A stretch of 64,000 nucleotides of DNA from a virus. The notes beneath the pieces are model-generated. The model was not told the DNA's origin. It was given only the letters and a program-made list of their open reading frames with translations, and did no database searches. Where the stretch lies: the IMG/VR virus record IMGVR_UViG_3300046171_000182, positions 1-64,000 of that record; one strand, written 5' to 3'. The position numbers were made by a program, and so were the translations under genes. This document shows, in pieces, positions 9,784 to 20,210 of the stretch; position 1 is the stretch's first letter, and every line of letters begins with the position of its first letter.

Positions 9784-12700
9784 ATGGCAACTATTATAGA
9801 CCTCGGTAAGTTAAGATTTCATTTTGCAGGTGAGTGGAATTCCGGCACCACATATGAAATTAACGACATCGTAAAGTACGGTGGTAACGTATACGTTTAT
9901 AGTAACATAGCAAGGACAAATGGTAACTTACCAACCGACCCTGAATATTGGGCATTGATGGTTGAAGGGTTTAAGTTTAGATCAGACTGGGATGGTGCAA
10001 CACAATATCGTGTTGGTGATGGTATTGCGCATGGTGGTGTTATATACATTGCTGTTGCAGATTCGCAAAACCAAGTTCCACCTAACGCAACATATTGGAG
10101 TCAGTTTGCTGATGGTATCCAATGGGAAGGTGAGTGGGCTAATACTAGTGTTTATCAAGCAAGTGATGTTGTAAAGTACGGCGCTCAAGCATATATCGCT
10201 AAACAAGATGTCCCGGTTGGAACCGATCCTACCAACGCTACATATTGGGAAACATTTGTAAGTGGTATCAGTGCTGAAGGCGTATGGAATGTCGGTACAG
10301 ATTATGTCCCTGGAGACTTAGTTGCATACGGTGCAAACATATATCGTTGTATCGCTAACACTACAGCTAACATTCCAACCAATACCACCTACTTTGAATT
10401 ATTTCAAACCGGGAATGACTTTCAGGGTGTCTGGTCAGCAGCTACTAGCTATCTAATTGGACAAACTGTTCGTTACGGTGGTAATGTATATAAAGCTAAA
10501 CAAGATAATCTTGCTTCTACTCCAGACACCTTTACCAATGCTTGGGAAATCTTTACAACTGGAGTAAACAACAGAGGTAATTGGACATCTACTACTCAGT
10601 ATCATATAAATGACGTTGTTGCTCATGGTGGTAACACATACATTTCTCTTATCTCTCACACAGCTGGTGTGTTTGACACAGACTTAGCAGCTGGTAAATG
10701 GCAAAAATTTAATAGTGGTGTACGCTATATGGGTGCCTGGACTTCAGGTACTCAATATTTAAAAGATGACATTGTTAGTGAAAGTGTTAGTACGTACATT
10801 GCAAATCAAGATCACACTGCAGGCGCAGACTTCTTTATTGATTTTAATACGAATAATTATTGGAATAACTTTGTGGTTGGTGCTAGCTATGTGCTTCCAG
10901 CAACAGCAGGAAATGCAGGTAAATATCTACAAACACCAGATGGAACAAACTATAGTTGGCAGTTTGCAGGTGCTAATGATAAAATCTTTTATGTGGCAGA
11001 AGATCCAACAAGTTCTGCAGATGATTCAGATCACGGTGCAACAGTAGACTTTGCTTTTGCAAGTGTAAGATTTGCTTGTGATTACATCAACTCAGATCTC
11101 GCAAACAGAACGCCTGCTACTATCTTTATTAAAGACGGTGTATATAACGAACAACTTCCAATCCATATTCCGGCCGAGGTAACTATTGTAGGTGACGGAC
11201 AACGTAACTGTGTTATTCAACCAGATACAACTACAGACATTGGTTTTGGTGCTGGTATATCTGGTGATGGTACAACACCAAATAACGAACAAACAATGTT
11301 CTTTGTGAACAGTGGTACAATGATTCTAGGTTTAAACTTAAAAGGTTTAACAGGATTTTCTTTAGGATCAACAACACCTACAGATCCTAACGATGCAACT
11401 ATCAAAGGTGTCTACTTTAGATTAGAACCAGGTGCTACGATTCTTAAATCACCATATATCAAAGAATCAAGCGCGTTCTCTTCAGGCGGTGTTGGCGCAA
11501 TTGTTGACGGTTCCTGTTGTCAACAGCGGTCTTCCTGGTTCAATGGTTTTCCATACATACACGCAAGTGCACGATGGAGGTATTGGTTTCTGGATTAAAG
11601 ATAACGGTCTTGCTGAGATTGTATCTTGCTTTACTTACTATTGTGATATGGGATTTGTATCAAGTGGTGGTGGTAAAATTCGTGCGCTAAACTGTAACAA
11701 CAGTTACGGAACGTATGGTACTATCAGTACAGGTTACGATAGTGACGAACTTCCAGTAAATGGTTACATGTATGGTGATACACTAACATATGATCCTTCA
11801 TCGCTAACATCTTCTGACGGATTTACGGTTGGTGATACTATTACAGGTCCGGCAAAGACTGGTAGTAGAGTTGTAACAGATATGAGTATTGCTACTCAAG
11901 CTGTTATTACTACTAAGTTAGATGCTACCGTATCAGCTGTCACACAAGCAAGCCCAGGACAAGTTACAACTTCAGCTGCTCATGGATTTGAAACCGGTCA
12001 AAGTATTAAGTTTACCGGTGTGGGTGGTATGACAGAATTAAATGGTAATAGTTATACTATTACCGTAGTAGATACAACAAACTTTACAATTGGTGCTGAT
12101 ACCACAGGATTTGCATCTTTCACATCAGGTGGTACAGCCACTCTCGGTGGAGCTCACGGTCTATCAGACGGTGATATGATTTCATTTAGTAATGTTGGTG
12201 AAACAGCATGGCAAACACTTCTAGGTGATTATGCAGCTGCCGATAAACGAGCTTGGTATGCAGATATACAAGATAGTAACTCGTTTAAGCTAGCTTCAAA
12301 CTATGACTTAACTAACTATTTTGATACGAGATCAGAAGCTGGTTGGGGTTTTGTCATTGTAAACTTCACAGATGCTACACGATCTAATCCAGTTCGAGTA
12401 ACCGCACCAAGTCATGGATTTTCTTCAGGCGATCAAATGACTGAAGTCAAAGATGTTGTAGGTATGACCGAACTAAACGGTAATAACTATTATGTTAGCG
12501 TAATTAATGCAAACACAATAGATCTTTACTCAGACGCTGGATTAACAACTGCTGTTAATGGTGTTGGCTATAATTCTTACACATCTGGTGGTAATGGTAC
12601 AAGAACACTAACAGGTACATCACTAACTGCGTGTGATTTTAGAGTTGATGATGCTTTAGTTGCAACAGTTAAAAACATTCAGACAAACCTAGTAACTAAC

Positions 12701-13981
12701 CACAGACTAATTATATCAGATCAAAAACGAGGTCTATCAGGACAAACAATTAAAGTCAATGTTGGTCCCCCAGAATATTTGGGAACAGGGAACAGATTCT
12801 ACTTTAACGGTCAAATTAATCTAGCGTTTAATGGCTATGATGAACGTCAATATATCTTTGAGCAGAACGATGCATCAAATGTTGGGCATCCAATGTATCT
12901 TGCTGATACCGCAAACTCAACTGGCGGCGCTAATGCATGGTCAACTGGTGTAAGTTATTATTTAGATGGACAGCCAGTAGCTGACTTAGCAGCTTATGTT
13001 TCAGGATTTGCAGCAGCTACTGCTAGAGAAGTAAGATTCAAGATTGCTGCAGGACAAAGTGGATCATTACCATCAGTCTATATGTGCTGCCATACTCATG
13101 CAAATATGGGTGATGGACAGTTATATATAAATGCAGCAAGTGCAACTGAAAAAGAAAGATTTATTGGTAACCATCCAGTATTCTATCCATTCTCCGTCGG
13201 AGATTCGATTGATGCTCAAGATGCTCAGGGTGCAGTTCTTGCTGGAAATGGAAACTTAGGTCAATTCGGTTTCTCACTTTCTTTAGGGGGATTAAAAGAA
13301 GAGCCAAGAGCAGGTGGTAGTATCCAGTTTACTACTGGACCATCATATGACAGTGATAACTCAACTTATCTAAGTAATCCAAGATTAGGTGAAGATGATC
13401 GTAGTTATATTATCACATCAGTAAGTGGATATGACTCAAGTAATGATCCGAGAGTTGGTGGTACAGCCACTCTAACACTGAGCCAAGAAAAATTAAATAC
13501 TGACCCAGCATATTATGGTCAGCACTTTAACATTAGATATAACTACTCACAAGTTCGTATGACAGGTCACGACTTCTTGAGTATTGGTACAGGTGGTAAA
13601 TCAACTACTAACTATCCAGGTGAACCAACTCAAGCAGCTGCACAAGGTAACGAAGTTACAGAGACACTTCCAGGTCGTGTTTATTATGCAAGTACAGACC
13701 AAGATGGTAACTTTAGAGTTGGTAACTTCTTTAGAATTGATCAGGCAACTGGTCGAGCTACATTGGATGCAAGTGCATTTGATCTCTCTGGTTTGACATC
13801 ATTGAGACTTGGTTCAATTGGTGCTCAGTTAGGTGAAAATATTAATGAGTTTAGTGCTGATGGCACTCTATCCGGAAACAGCAACACGGCTGTTCCAACA
13901 GAACAAGCAGTTAAGACATATGTAGATAATAGACCCGCGGCCATCTCGGCGTCTAAAGTTACCTTTATAGGAACATTTTAA
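9784..13981 (+). CDS. Large tailspike/fibre-like protein (~1400 aa): seven W/Y carbohydrate-binding-like repeats, beta-helix, FCCH-like repeats; apparent extra C at 11513-11514
   Basis: ORFs 9784-11598 and 11432-13981 join as GGVGAIVDGS-VVNSGLPGSMVF; C-terminal GHDFLSIGTG, GRVYYASTDQDGNFRVG, AVPTEQAVKTYVD motifs. Confidence 0.7.
9829..10870 (+). repeat. Seven degenerate ~45-50-aa CBM5/12-like repeats
   Basis: GxWxxxTxYxxxDxVxYGGxxY recurring seven times. Confidence 0.75.
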
Positions 13982-14001
13982 TAATTTAAGGAAAATTAAA
14001 A

Positions 14002-15525
14002 ATGACACAATCTCGACTTGCGTCTGCTAAAATTACTAAGAACACAAACCAATTAGTGTATACTGTTCCTGCAGGTAAATCTTTAGTAGGCTCTCTTTTT
14101 ATAAGAAATTTTAATGCTGATGGAAATGCAGCAACCATAGATATCGCAACTACACAAGGTACTCTTGGCGCAGACTTCCAAGAAGCTATTTTGACTAGTA
14201 ATACAACTAATTTCACTAATAATGCTACTGTTCCTATAGGTCAAGATATTCAAGGCGCGCCTTTAGCTCAAGGTGGTAGACTTACCGGTGATTTTAGAGC
14301 TAACTATAGTTATGGTAATCAGTATGCTCATTATAATGAAGCTACTGATACCTGCACGTTTAACGTATATAACGACCAACATGGTAGCGGTCAATATATT
14401 ACGAACAACCAGTATATGGAAGGTAATTATCAGATTTCAGGGTTTTATGGAACAACTGATTATATGATGATTCAGGAAAATAGGCGTGTAAGAAAATTTA
14501 GCGCTCCCCCCTGGACTTTTAGCACCAGTGGGAATTTTTCTAGTTCTAGTAGTCCTTATCTTTCAGGTGGATGGGATGGTAATGATCTAGACTATTATCA
14601 ATATGGCGGTCAAGGTTATAAAGACGGTTATATGTCTATGAATGATAATGGTTACATTACTTACTTGTATAATATTGATCAAAGTACATCGTTTAGTAGT
14701 GGTAGTAAAGTAAATGAAACAAATACTTCTCAATCTTTTTATTGGCAAGAAAACCAGCTTGGAGGAAAGGTTACTAAAGGTTCACTTTCTATAATTCCAA
14801 CAGCAAAAAGAACTAGTTCCCAAGGATTGTGGTTTGTTGTGCACGGAAATTACAACAGTAATGGTAGTATGTGTATGCAATGGATTCCTTTCTATGACTC
14901 TTCTGGAAATATTAGAACAAATTCTAGTAGCAGAGCTGGTTGGTATGGACAAGTTAATGCTTTGGCAACAACGGATAATGAATCCGAGTGGTATTGGATA
15001 CGTCCTGTAGGTGACTACGTTTATTGCGCTTCAGCATCTCAAGATGTATTTAGAGCGCCTCTTTCTTCTGGTCTAGAGTGGCAAAATCAATCTAATTGGT
15101 CTAAAGTTACTTCTAGTGTAGTACCTTCTGGAAAAACTATTAACGAACACTTTCCGTTTATAGAAACTCCTGAAGGCATTGGTTATGGTGCTTGCACAGA
15201 TGGAAGCATTATTACTAGTTTAGATGATGGTGCAACTTGGTCTCAAGTGGATGTTGCAACAATGACAGGGATTACTACAACAGCAGGTGCCCAAGCAGCC
15301 GGTAAAGATTCGAAAGGTGCATCTGCAATTTACTCAGCTGATGGAAAATATGAGACGTCTAAAGCTATTAGAGGAAAATTAGAAGATGCTGTTGAAGTTG
15401 ATATGAATCTTGCTGCTTCAGGACATTTAGAGCATAGAGGACTAATACTTAATGCAGGTGACAAAGTTTATGTTCAATCATCCGAAGATGGTGTAGTAGC
15501 TCAACTTTATGGATATGAGGAGTAA
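14002..15525 (+). CDS. Virion structural protein (possible receptor-binding subunit)
   Basis: VYTVPAGK N-terminus and GLILNAGDKVYV...YGYEE C-terminus enclosing an N/S/Y/G-rich insert. Confidence 0.6.
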   Translation: MTQSRLASAKITKNTNQLVYTVPAGKSLVGSLFIRNFNADGNAATIDIATTQGTLGADFQEAILTSNTTNFTNNATVPIGQDIQGAPLAQGGRLTGDFRANYSYGNQYAHYNEATDTCTFNVYNDQHGSGQYITNNQYMEGNYQISGFYGTTDYMMIQENRRVRKFSAPPWTFSTSGNFSSSSSPYLSGGWDGNDLDYYQYGGQGYKDGYMSMNDNGYITYLYNIDQSTSFSSGSKVNETNTSQSFYWQENQLGGKVTKGSLSIIPTAKRTSSQGLWFVVHGNYNSNGSMCMQWIPFYDSSGNIRTNSSSRAGWYGQVNALATTDNESEWYWIRPVGDYVYCASASQDVFRAPLSSGLEWQNQSNWSKVTSSVVPSGKTINEHFPFIETPEGIGYGACTDGSIITSLDDGATWSQVDVATMTGITTTAGAQAAGKDSKGASAIYSADGKYETSKAIRGKLEDAVEVDMNLAASGHLEHRGLILNAGDKVYVQSSEDGVVAQLYGYEE

Positions 15526-15530
15526 AATAA

Positions 15531-16385
15531 ATGAGTAGATATATAACAGGAACCGGCGGCGGTGGTACCGGTGGCGGTGGTGCCGGCGGAACTGTTCGTC
15601 AAGAACGATTCCTTACATCAGGAACTTTTACTGTTCCTTCAGGAGTAACTTCTGCTGAAGTTTTAGTTGTTGGAGGCGGCGGCGGCGGTGGTCGTGGATC
15701 TTCTTGGCAGATATCCTGCCCAGGTGGCGGTGGTCAAGGTGGTCAAGTTAAAATCGAAGTAGTTAATTTAACAGGAATATCGTCATGCGCGGTCATTGTT
15801 GGTTCAGGCGGTAGTCGCGCAAACGGCTCATCTAGTGATTCATATAATGGTCAACCTGGTGGTAGATCTTCTTTTAGTTACGGTGGCTCTTCAGTTGAAT
15901 GTGTAGGTGGTCGTCAAGGTGTCTGTGGTGGTGTTGGTGGACAAGGTGGACCACATTGGCAAGGAAATTATAACAACAGTCAATCTCCAGATGGTGATAA
16001 CTATGGAGAGTACAACGAAGCTTGGCATAATAGTAATGGCCATACTCGTGGTGCTGGTGGTCATGGTCGAAACAGTAGTGGTCATGGACACAATGCTAGA
16101 CAAGACGGAATGAATGGCATGGCTGGTTATGGCGGCGGCGGTGGCGGTGGCTACTACGATACTAACAACTATAATGGTTTTGGCGGCGGTGGTGCTGATG
16201 GAGGCGGTATTTCTACCAACTATGACTGGTGGCACGGTCAACCTGGAGCTAATAACACTAGCCAAGCTTATTTCAAAACAGGGCAACCCAACACAGGTGG
16301 CGGTGGTGCGGGAGGCAATTACCCAAATAATGAATATGGCGGCCATGGCGGTTCTGGTATCGTTATTGTCACTTATTCGGTTTAA
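15531..16385 (+). CDS. Glycine-rich tail adhesin-like protein
   Basis: FLTSGTFTVPSGVT..EVLVVGGGGGG...GGHGGSGIVIVTY. Confidence 0.75.
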   Translation: MSRYITGTGGGGTGGGGAGGTVRQERFLTSGTFTVPSGVTSAEVLVVGGGGGGGRGSSWQISCPGGGGQGGQVKIEVVNLTGISSCAVIVGSGGSRANGSSSDSYNGQPGGRSSFSYGGSSVECVGGRQGVCGGVGGQGGPHWQGNYNNSQSPDGDNYGEYNEAWHNSNGHTRGAGGHGRNSSGHGHNARQDGMNGMAGYGGGGGGGYYDTNNYNGFGGGGADGGGISTNYDWWHGQPGANNTSQAYFKTGQPNTGGGGAGGNYPNNEYGGHGGSGIVIVTYSV

Positions 16386-16396
16386 GGAGATACATA

Positions 16397-16888
16397 ATGG
16401 CAAATTTTAATATAATCCAACCTAAAGTAGCAGCTGATTCAGATGAAAGCTACAATCAACATATCATAAATGTAATTGTAGCTGATGATATGGCAGCTGC
16501 AGAATCTGTTACTGATACAGAAGTAAATTTAATTGTAGAAAAAACAGGAGAAGAAGGTATTGGATGGATATATAATCCTGATAATAGCTCAACTCCCTTT
16601 TCCGCGCCTGGAGTTGAAGTACCTGAAGGATTTGATCAAGCAGCTGCAAAAACACGTTTAAAACTAAATGTAAAACGAGAAGCAGCAATACGTATTGAAG
16701 CTCTTGCTTGGAAAATTGAAAGAGCAAGCGAGCAAGACGCAATTAATGGTACTACTACAATTAACGATGTTTATGCAGAAAGAGAAGCTATTCGAGTTAA
16801 AAGCAATGAAATTGAAACTGCTATAGATGCTGAAACAGATGATTTAACGATATACACTATGGGTACCGTAGTTAAGTTTGACGAATAA
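16397..16888 (+). CDS. Putative tail fibre assembly/chaperone protein
   Basis: INVIVAD...GIGWIY...FSAP plus helical REAIRVKSNEIE region; follows the Gly-rich gene; AAGGAG RBS. Confidence 0.5.
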   Translation: MANFNIIQPKVAADSDESYNQHIINVIVADDMAAAESVTDTEVNLIVEKTGEEGIGWIYNPDNSSTPFSAPGVEVPEGFDQAAAKTRLKLNVKREAAIRIEALAWKIERASEQDAINGTTTINDVYAEREAIRVKSNEIETAIDAETDDLTIYTMGTVVKFDE

Positions 16889-16933
16889 AATAGATGATGC
16901 GGCGGCAGCTGCAGGTAGTTATGAGTAAATATT

Positions 16934-17464
16934 ATGGCACTTAGAGATCATATAAAAGAAAATCATGATCTTGCAGAAAATCACCCCTTTGTAAAACTTT
17001 TGTTTTCGGGGGGTGTTTCCTCAAAAATTTATGCTGAGTATTTGTTTAATCAATACTTAATGTATAATGTGTTAGAAAAAATTGCTTTAGAACAAGGCTT
17101 GTTAGAAGGTGTAGAAGACGTAATAAGAGCAAAATTAATATTAGAAGACTTTATAGAATTAAAAGAAACAGATATTAAAGTTCATGATTGTTCGTTAGAC
17201 TACATTAAATATATACAAACAAAAGTATCTAAAGACAATTTAATGGCACACATTTATGTGCGGCACTTTGGCGATTTATTTGGTGGACAAATGATGAAAA
17301 AAGTTGTTGTAGGCTCCGGTAAGATGTATGATTTTAAAAATAGATCAGAACTTATTCAAGAGCTAAGAAGTCGATTAGATGATGGTTTAGCAGACGAAGC
17401 TAATACAGTTATGCTTTGGGCAATTGAATTATTTCACGCTTTGGAAAAACGATTTGATCTTTGA
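16934..17464 (+). CDS. hemO: Heme oxygenase
   Basis: Proximal His in KENHDLAE; AHIYVRHFGDLFGGQ signature. Confidence 0.9.
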   Translation: MALRDHIKENHDLAENHPFVKLLFSGGVSSKIYAEYLFNQYLMYNVLEKIALEQGLLEGVEDVIRAKLILEDFIELKETDIKVHDCSLDYIKYIQTKVSKDNLMAHIYVRHFGDLFGGQMMKKVVVGSGKMYDFKNRSELIQELRSRLDDGLADEANTVMLWAIELFHALEKRFDL

Positions 17465-18104
17465 AAAACTTGTGAACACTAGTGAAAAAATGAGAGAGCT
17501 TTTAGAATCTCTTTCTACTACTAAACACACCCACGATTTCCCCTGGCCTGCAACTACATACTATTCTCCTGACATTTGGCGTAGGGCCGACTTAGATATT
17601 ATTGATGCACGAGAAGATCGCAAATTGTGGATGATGCATTTGTGTGTCTATCCACATGTTAACGATCCTGCGCCGATTTACGGTTTTGATATTATTGCAG
17701 GACCAAATAAAGTAACCGGAGCATTTCACGACTTTAGTCCTATCGATCCTAACAGTCACATATTATCACAATTCAAAGAGAATGTACACAGTTTTATTCC
17801 ATCAAAGAAAAGAGAACTACCTGACTGGGCAAAGGCTATATTCAGCGGTTCTATGGTTTCAGCTGGAAATGTTAGAGATCCTGACGAACTACAAGAACTA
17901 TTAGATCTTGCTGTCAATAATTTAGAATACTTTGTAAATAATATAGGTCTTAGCACTGACAACGACTATACAGATAAACATAATTGGTACGCAATCAATC
18001 AGAAGAAGAATCCACATACTCCAAGAGTAATGGAAAATATGGGTGTAGCTCCTGATGTGGTTAGGAAATATATAGACGAATGCTTATTTCCTGAGATAAG
18101 CTAA
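17454..18104 (+). CDS. pcyX: Ferredoxin-dependent bilin reductase, PcyX/PcyA-like
   Basis: WMMHLCVYP, PIYGFDIIAG, GAFHDFSP, RELPDWAKAIFS, NQKKNPHT; directly follows heme oxygenase; TTG start inferred. Confidence 0.85.
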   Translation: MIFEKLVNTSEKMRELLESLSTTKHTHDFPWPATTYYSPDIWRRADLDIIDAREDRKLWMMHLCVYPHVNDPAPIYGFDIIAGPNKVTGAFHDFSPIDPNSHILSQFKENVHSFIPSKKRELPDWAKAIFSGSMVSAGNVRDPDELQELLDLAVNNLEYFVNNIGLSTDNDYTDKHNWYAINQKKNPHTPRVMENMGVAPDVVRKYIDECLFPEIS

Positions 18105-18986
18105 CACTGCTCCTTCTGCTGATCCAGTGTCACTTGGGTTTGGCGGAATGTATAAGTTATCCCATGTTTTACCAACTAGCTTTGGCATTGACTTGTTAAA
18201 AGCAACGCCTCCGCTTATAACTAGATTTTTACTAGTTGTAATTTCCCTTGCATATCTTAATATGTAAGTTACGCATTGTTCAAATATTCCTCTTGTTGCA
18301 CTTGCTATTTCTTTATTGCCTTTACCCCACCACATTCCTCGTGCACCACGATGAAAGTTTATTTTAAATTTAGGCATAGGTTCCCATTTTTTTATTATAT
18401 CGATTTCAATATGGGTTCTTAGTAAAGAAAATGGTGTAAATGAATGTGACAGTTCTTCAAACTTTGCTTCATCTTGCTGCGGCTTTAATCCTACACGATC
18501 TGTCATAGCAGAATAAAATAATCCTAGGCTATGAGGATATTTTGAAGACTTTAGTTTTTTAAGTTTACCGTTTTCTGCTTTCCATATCGTAGTACAATCA
18601 AACTCTCCTATACTATCAAAGACAACTACTGTTGCATCTTTAAAACCGCTTTTATAAAAAGCCGCAGCATGAGATTCGTGATGACCGACATATTTCCATT
18701 TGCAGTTTATATTAAGATCTCGTAAGTATCTTTTAACGTTATTTCTTTTAAAAGGATTTTTTTGTCCTGCGAGAAATTGTCTAATTGCTTTTAAGTAAGG
18801 ATTTTCATACCAAATAACTAAATCCGGTTTCCCGCTTTTGTTAGCTTCCTCTATACATTCTAATGTATGTCTTGGGCCTTTACCTGAAATAGTATTTACA
18901 AGTTTAAATCTATTTCCTAAGTTATTATCTTTAAAGATAGCTACAGACCAATCATGCCCGTTCTTTGACATACCCCATATTGTCAT
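18084..18986 (-). CDS. Carbamoyltransferase (NodU/CmcH) N-terminal Kae1-like domain
   Basis: GHDWSVA, HHESHAA, DSIGE, YPHSLGLFYSAMT, SGGVAFN, PSDTGSAEGA. Confidence 0.8.
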   Translation of the reverse strand: MTIWGMSKNGHDWSVAIFKDNNLGNRFKLVNTISGKGPRHTLECIEEANKSGKPDLVIWYENPYLKAIRQFLAGQKNPFKRNNVKRYLRDLNINCKWKYVGHHESHAAAFYKSGFKDATVVVFDSIGEFDCTTIWKAENGKLKKLKSSKYPHSLGLFYSAMTDRVGLKPQQDEAKFEELSHSFTPFSLLRTHIEIDIIKKWEPMPKFKINFHRGARGMWWGKGNKEIASATRGIFEQCVTYILRYAREITTSKNLVISGGVAFNKSMPKLVGKTWDNLYIPPNPSDTGSAEGAVLAYLRK

Positions 18987-19360
18987 GCTTTACGTTTCTT
19001 TTCTCTTTGAGAGTCGCCCATAGAGACTCTGTAATTATCTTCAACTGAATCTGGTGTAGATACTTCTAATAATGTACCCTCTTCAATACAAATGACTTGG
19101 TGAGGAACTAAAGGTTTGTTTCTGTGAACCCCACCTGCTTCTAATCTTTTACGTTCAACGGATGCATCTACTGTATTGATAACTAGCACATCAAACACGC
19201 CACTCATCACATACCAAGTCTTATCTTTGTCTTTATGAAAGTGCATAGAAAACTTTGCACCTTTATTAAACTGCAAAAACTTTCCACAGTACTTGTCATT
19301 GGTTGCCCAAATAAACTCATGGCCCCAACCTTTTTCTATAAATCCTTCAAGTTGTGTCAT
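18983..19360 (-). CDS. Cupin, sugar-phosphate isomerase-like
   Basis: KGWGHE, FSMHFH, PH, LEVSTPDSVEDNYR. Confidence 0.75.
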   Translation of the reverse strand: MTQLEGFIEKGWGHEFIWATNDKYCGKFLQFNKGAKFSMHFHKDKDKTWYVMSGVFDVLVINTVDASVERKRLEAGGVHRNKPLVPHQVICIEEGTLLEVSTPDSVEDNYRVSMGDSQREKKRKA

Positions 19361-19380
19361 ATAGCTTCTTTCATTATTCT

Positions 19381-19409
19381 AATATACCATACTTCTTAAA
19401 TATTGTAAA
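19381..19409 (-). promoter_or_regulatory. Sigma70-like early promoter TTTACA-N17-TATATT driving the inverted operon
   Basis: Matches the promoter motif repeated across the window. Confidence 0.7.
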
Positions 19410-19418
19410 CCTTTATTA

Positions 19419-19426
19419 TATAAATA
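19419..19426 (+). promoter_or_regulatory. T4-type late promoter TATAAATA
   Basis: Exact consensus upstream of gp13. Confidence 0.8.
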
Positions 19427-19453
19427 GATACAAATTCTTTAAAAGGACTTAAT

Positions 19454-20209
19454 ATGGCAGCTCCAGCATCAAGACAAGGATTCATCGATTATTGTCTTCG
19501 TAGACTTGGCGATCCAGTTATTGAAATAAACGTGGATGACGATCAGCTAGAAGAACGTGTAGACGATGCCCTGCAAGTGTATCAAGAATTTCATTCAGAT
19601 GCGACCATTAAAACTTATCTTAAGCATCAGGTAACTCAAACTGATGTAGATAATAGTTACATTCCTATATCATCTGATATTATATATGTATCTAGATTAT
19701 TACCTATTAATTCTTCATTTGGATCTTCACGTAATTTCTTTGATATAAAATATCAGCTGATGTTAAATGATATTGCTGATATGCAAAACTTTGCAGGTGA
19801 TTTAGCTTACTATGAACAACTGCAACAATATCTATCATTATTAGATATGAAACTAAACGGACATCCGCAAGTAGAATTTGCTAGACGACAAGATCGGCTT
19901 TATATACATGGCTCTTTTGCTGAAAAGGAAATAAAAGTAGGAGATTTTGTAGTTGCAGAGATATATCAAATAGTAGATCCGGATACTTTCACAAGCGTAT
20001 ATGATGATATGTGGTTAAAAGAATATGGAACTGCTCTTATTAAACAACAATGGGGTGCAAACCTAATTAAGTTTGAAGGAATGCAATTGCCAGGCGGTGT
20101 TACATTAAATGGTCGGCAAATATTTGAAGATGCATTAGGAGAAATAACACAACTCAGAGAACGAATTAGATTAGAACATGAACTTCCCCCTAACTTTTTT
20201 GTAGGTTAA
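19454..20209 (+). CDS. gp13: Neck protein gp13
   Basis: YCLRRLGDPVIEINVDDDQ; KQQWGANLIKFEGMQLPGGVTLNG. Confidence 0.93.
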   Translation: MAAPASRQGFIDYCLRRLGDPVIEINVDDDQLEERVDDALQVYQEFHSDATIKTYLKHQVTQTDVDNSYIPISSDIIYVSRLLPINSSFGSSRNFFDIKYQLMLNDIADMQNFAGDLAYYEQLQQYLSLLDMKLNGHPQVEFARRQDRLYIHGSFAEKEIKVGDFVVAEIYQIVDPDTFTSVYDDMWLKEYGTALIKQQWGANLIKFEGMQLPGGVTLNGRQIFEDALGEITQLRERIRLEHELPPNFFVG

Positions 20210-20210
20210 T

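Noticed and set aside
11432-11598. Programmed ribosomal frameshift joining the two tailspike ORFs
   Set aside because: No slippery heptamer; one extra C explains it, and similar indels occur in unrelated genes
15891-16410. Alternative-frame ORFs over the Gly-rich gene (170 aa minus, 68 and 98 aa plus)
   Set aside because: Shadows of GGN-rich codons; no RBS or recognisable motifs
16934-18104. Cyanophage identity based on bilin genes
   Set aside because: No psbA, hli, cpeT or similar genes in the window; accessory genes look alphaproteobacterial
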